Below, piece by piece: positions 15,451 to 17,414 of a DNA stretch of 17,414 nt (its first letter is position 1; every line of letters starts with the position of its first letter). Both the position numbers and the translations under genes were made by a program. The stretch is from an uncultured Opitutales bacterium (GTDB lineage: Bacteria > Verrucomicrobiota > Verrucomicrobiia > Opitutales > Intestinicryptomonadaceae), in the NCBI GenBank assembly GCA_934660865.1, contig CAKUIA010000025.1, forward strand, positions 1 to 17,414, in the 5' to 3' direction. The notes under the pieces are model-generated. The model did no database searches, was not told where the DNA came from, and saw only the letters and a program-made list of their open reading frames with translations.

Positions 15451-15484
15451 AAAAAAACGCCGCTTTTTTATGTTGGCGGCGTTT
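15451..15484 (-). terminator. Rho-independent terminator after the MFS transporter gene
   Basis: Stem AAACGCCGC (15455-15463) pairs with GCGGCGTTT (15476-15484) around a 12 nt loop. A T-run follows on the minus strand. Confidence 0.6.
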
Positions 15485-15515
15485 GCATATTTAAAATTAA
15501 CCTGCAAAAGCAATA

Positions 15516-16850
15516 TTATTTGCCTACAAGCTCTTTTTGTATTTCCTCAAGCGACTTTTCGCTAGTATCGGGCAGCTTTAATGCAAACACAAACGTTAAG
15601 GCCGACATAAGCGCAAATACGCCGAAAGTGTATGTGGCAAAGCCCGACTCGACAACAATCGGGAAAATCCACGTTATAATTGCGCACCAAACCCAGTGAA
15701 CCATACTGCCGAACACCTGCCCTTTTGCGCGCACGCTGTTGGGGAAAACTTCGGCTATAAGCACCCAAATAACCGCGCCCATAGATGCTCCGAAAGCGCC
15801 TATATACAGCATTAAAAAGCCCAGCATATAATAGCCCGAAACGGCCTGGCCGTTAAAGAACCCGTATGATACTCCGCACAAGGCAATGGTCATAAACACC
15901 GAGCCTACATACAAAAGTTTTTTGCGCCCTACGCAGTCGATAAGCACCATGCCAACTATCGTAAATATAAGGTTTGCCACCCCTATGAACATAGACTGGA
16001 ACATTGCCGACCCCCTGCCTATGCCAGCGGTTTCCAGTATGCGCGGCGCATAGTAGTTTATCGCGTTAATGCCCGACCACTGGTTGAATGTAGAAATGAA
16101 AAACGCTATTAAAAGCGGCTTAAAATATTTGCTTTGAAAAAGCCTTTCGCTAATGCTTGTTGCGCAAAGCGAGCTTTTTATTGTGGCAAAAGTTTCGGCA
16201 ATATTGGCGCCGCCAACCTTGTCTAAAACATTGTAGGCCTTTTCCTCTTTGCCGTATTTAACAAGCCAGCGCGGGCTTTCGGGCACGGTAAAAAGCAAAA
16301 CGGCAAACAAAAATGCGGGCAAAGCCAAAACGCCGAGCATAATGCGCCAATCGTTTGCACCCAAATTTAAACTGCTTATATACCAGTTGGAAATGTACGA
16401 GCACAAAGCCCCCAAAACTATGTTGAACTGGAAAAACCCCACAAACCTGCCGCGCCATTGCGAGGGGGAAATTTCGGCTATGTACATCGGGCCTACCACC
16501 GACGAAGCGCCCACGGCCAAGCCGCCCATAAATCTGAATATAATAAGCGCATACCAATTTACAACAAGCGCGCAACCCAACGCCGAAATAAAATAAAGAT
16601 ATGCAATAATCTTTAAAGACTCTATTCTGCCGAGTTTTTCGGCGGGCTTGCCGCAAAACAATGCGCCCGCAATGGTACCGAACAAGGCGGTTGCCATTGT
16701 AAAGCCGTGCAGGAAATCCGACAGGGCATATTGTGCCTGAATCCCCTTGTCGGCGCCCGAAATAACTATGGTGTCGAACCCGAAAAGAAAGCCCCCAAGC
16801 GACGCTACAAAGGCTATATAGAACATAAAAGGTGTAATTTTCTTATTCAT
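15516..16850 (-). CDS. MFS sugar-porter family transporter (sugar/inositol:H+ symporter type), 444 aa
   Basis: 12-TM layout with GFLFGFDTIVISGA, GRIESL (GRK/R-like loop), PESPRWLVKYGKEEKA, PETSEKSLEEI-like PDTSEKSLEEIQ, and GRKKLL. I prefer the ATG at 16850 (MNKKITPF) to the TTG at 16865. Confidence 0.9.
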   Translation of the reverse strand: MNKKITPFMFYIAFVASLGGFLFGFDTIVISGADKGIQAQYALSDFLHGFTMATALFGTIAGALFCGKPAEKLGRIESLKIIAYLYFISALGCALVVNWYALIIFRFMGGLAVGASSVVGPMYIAEISPSQWRGRFVGFFQFNIVLGALCSYISNWYISSLNLGANDWRIMLGVLALPAFLFAVLLFTVPESPRWLVKYGKEEKAYNVLDKVGGANIAETFATIKSSLCATSISERLFQSKYFKPLLIAFFISTFNQWSGINAINYYAPRILETAGIGRGSAMFQSMFIGVANLIFTIVGMVLIDCVGRKKLLYVGSVFMTIALCGVSYGFFNGQAVSGYYMLGFLMLYIGAFGASMGAVIWVLIAEVFPNSVRAKGQVFGSMVHWVWCAIITWIFPIVVESGFATYTFGVFALMSALTFVFALKLPDTSEKSLEEIQKELVGK

Positions 16851-17024
16851 AAGTGTAGGCTGCAATTATCTTTATTTTTAGAAACTATTACAAACATAAA
16901 ATGGAAATAATTTTCGGGAAAGCTTTGATACAAAAAAATCAAAAATTTCAATTATTTGCTTGCAAGACACAGTTTTTTTGGCAAACTCAAAAGCTTTAAA
17001 TCGTGTTAAAGCGATTTGGAACAA

Positions 17025-17115
17025 GGAGAGGTGGCGGAGTGGCCGATCGCGCTGGTTTGCTAAACCGGTGTAGGGAGTTAAACCCCTACCGTGAGTTCGA
17101 ATCTCATCCTCTCCG
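17025..17115 (+). tRNA. tRNA-Ser (anticodon GCU), long variable arm, CCA not encoded
   Basis: Hand fold: acceptor GGAGAGG/CCTCTCC, anticodon arm CTGGT-TTGCTAA-ACCGG, a long variable arm (TGTAGGG...CCCTACC), T arm GTGAG-TTCGAAT-CTCAT, discriminator G. Confidence 0.92.
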
Positions 17116-17125
17116 CGTTCCCTAC

Positions 17126-17155
17126 CCTTTTGGAATTTCCCAAAAGGTTTTTTTG
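17126..17155 (+). terminator. Rho-independent terminator after tRNA-Ser
   Basis: Stem CCTTTTGG (17126-17133) pairs with CCAAAAGG (17140-17147) and is followed by TTTTTTT. Confidence 0.8.
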
Positions 17156-17337
17156 TGCATAAAACTTTGCGGAAATTTTTAGCATTCCGCCTTCTATTGG
17201 CAAAATTGCAATTTCCCGAAAAAACGCTAAAGCCGTTTTGTTTTTTATACGGCTTAAAGATTGTTTTGCTTTTCCATAAAAAGCATTTTTAGGGATTCTT
17301 TTTCCTCTTCGCGCACAACTGTATAGCCCGAATTTTC

Positions 17338-17414
17338 GGGGTCAACCCCAAAGGTTGTGGAATAAGGTTTTTTTTGTAATTTGTTTTTCATAGTTTTATT
17401 CCGCATTCTACGAG
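17338..17414 (-). mobile_element. Terminal part of ISL3-family insertion sequence, copy B (inverted relative to copy A, cut by the window edge)
   Basis: The reverse complement equals 61-136 except for 3 substitutions. The terminus GGGTCAACCCCAAAGG starts at 17338. Confidence 0.75.
17388..17414 (-). CDS. ISL3-family transposase, last 8 codons only (the gene begins beyond the window)
   Basis: The minus strand reads LVECGIKL then TGA (17388-17390), against LVECGVKL* in copy A. Confidence 0.7.
   Translation of the reverse strand, partial: LVECGIKL

Noticed and set aside
1-17414. Very frequent GCAAAA / TTTTGC strings as a possible uptake-signal or dispersed repeat; also CRISPR arrays
   Set aside because: The hexamer occurs in all contexts and both orientations inside coding frames (Ala-Lys, Gln-Lys, Phe-Ala codon pairs) with no extended conserved flank, so it is compositional. 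No regularly spaced repeat/spacer array exists.

Overview
The window is a chromosomal segment of a Gram-negative bacterium. A PVC-group (Lentisphaerae/Verrucomicrobia-like) origin is a weak guess, based on an orphan prepilin-type FTLIELL...DGHV protein and weak Shine-Dalgarno usage. There are three layers.

(1) Both edges are the ends of two diverged, inverted copies of one ISL3-family IS (1-136 and 17338-17414). Just inside each copy lies an outward-reading tRNA gene: tRNA-Cys on the minus strand and tRNA-Ser on the plus strand.

(2) Housekeeping blocks of uniform composition:
- murB plus an exported protein, on the minus strand.
- rodZ-like (minus strand), read divergently from the plus-strand genes lptF/G-family permease, purD, LMW phosphatase, rpiB and glyA. 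The phosphatase-rpiB-glyA order matches the ywlE-ywlF-glyA arrangement known from Firmicutes.
- An orphan pseudopilin-like gene and a sugar-porter MFS transporter.

(3) An accessory stretch between murB and rodZ:
- A four-gene, tightly coupled phage-like module (2156-5157): a 665 aa tail-fibre-like protein, a 66 aa protein, a DUF1353-like protein and a lipoprotein.
- tRNA-Pro(UGG).
- A visibly AT-richer island of about 3.4 kb (5306-8732). It holds a structured non-coding region, a secreted hypothetical protein, a decayed third ISL3 remnant, a clear DpnI-family (Gm6ATC-dependent) restriction endonuclease and an orphan ribbon-helix-helix regulator.

The most striking sequence-level signal is GATC. 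By manual scan there are only 9 GATC sites in 17.4 kb. Six lie in the 3.4 kb island and only 3 in the other ~14 kb, although GAT and ATC trinucleotides are common.

No CRISPR array, integrase, reverse transcriptase or rRNA was seen. All functional calls rest on remembered family motifs, not on database searches.
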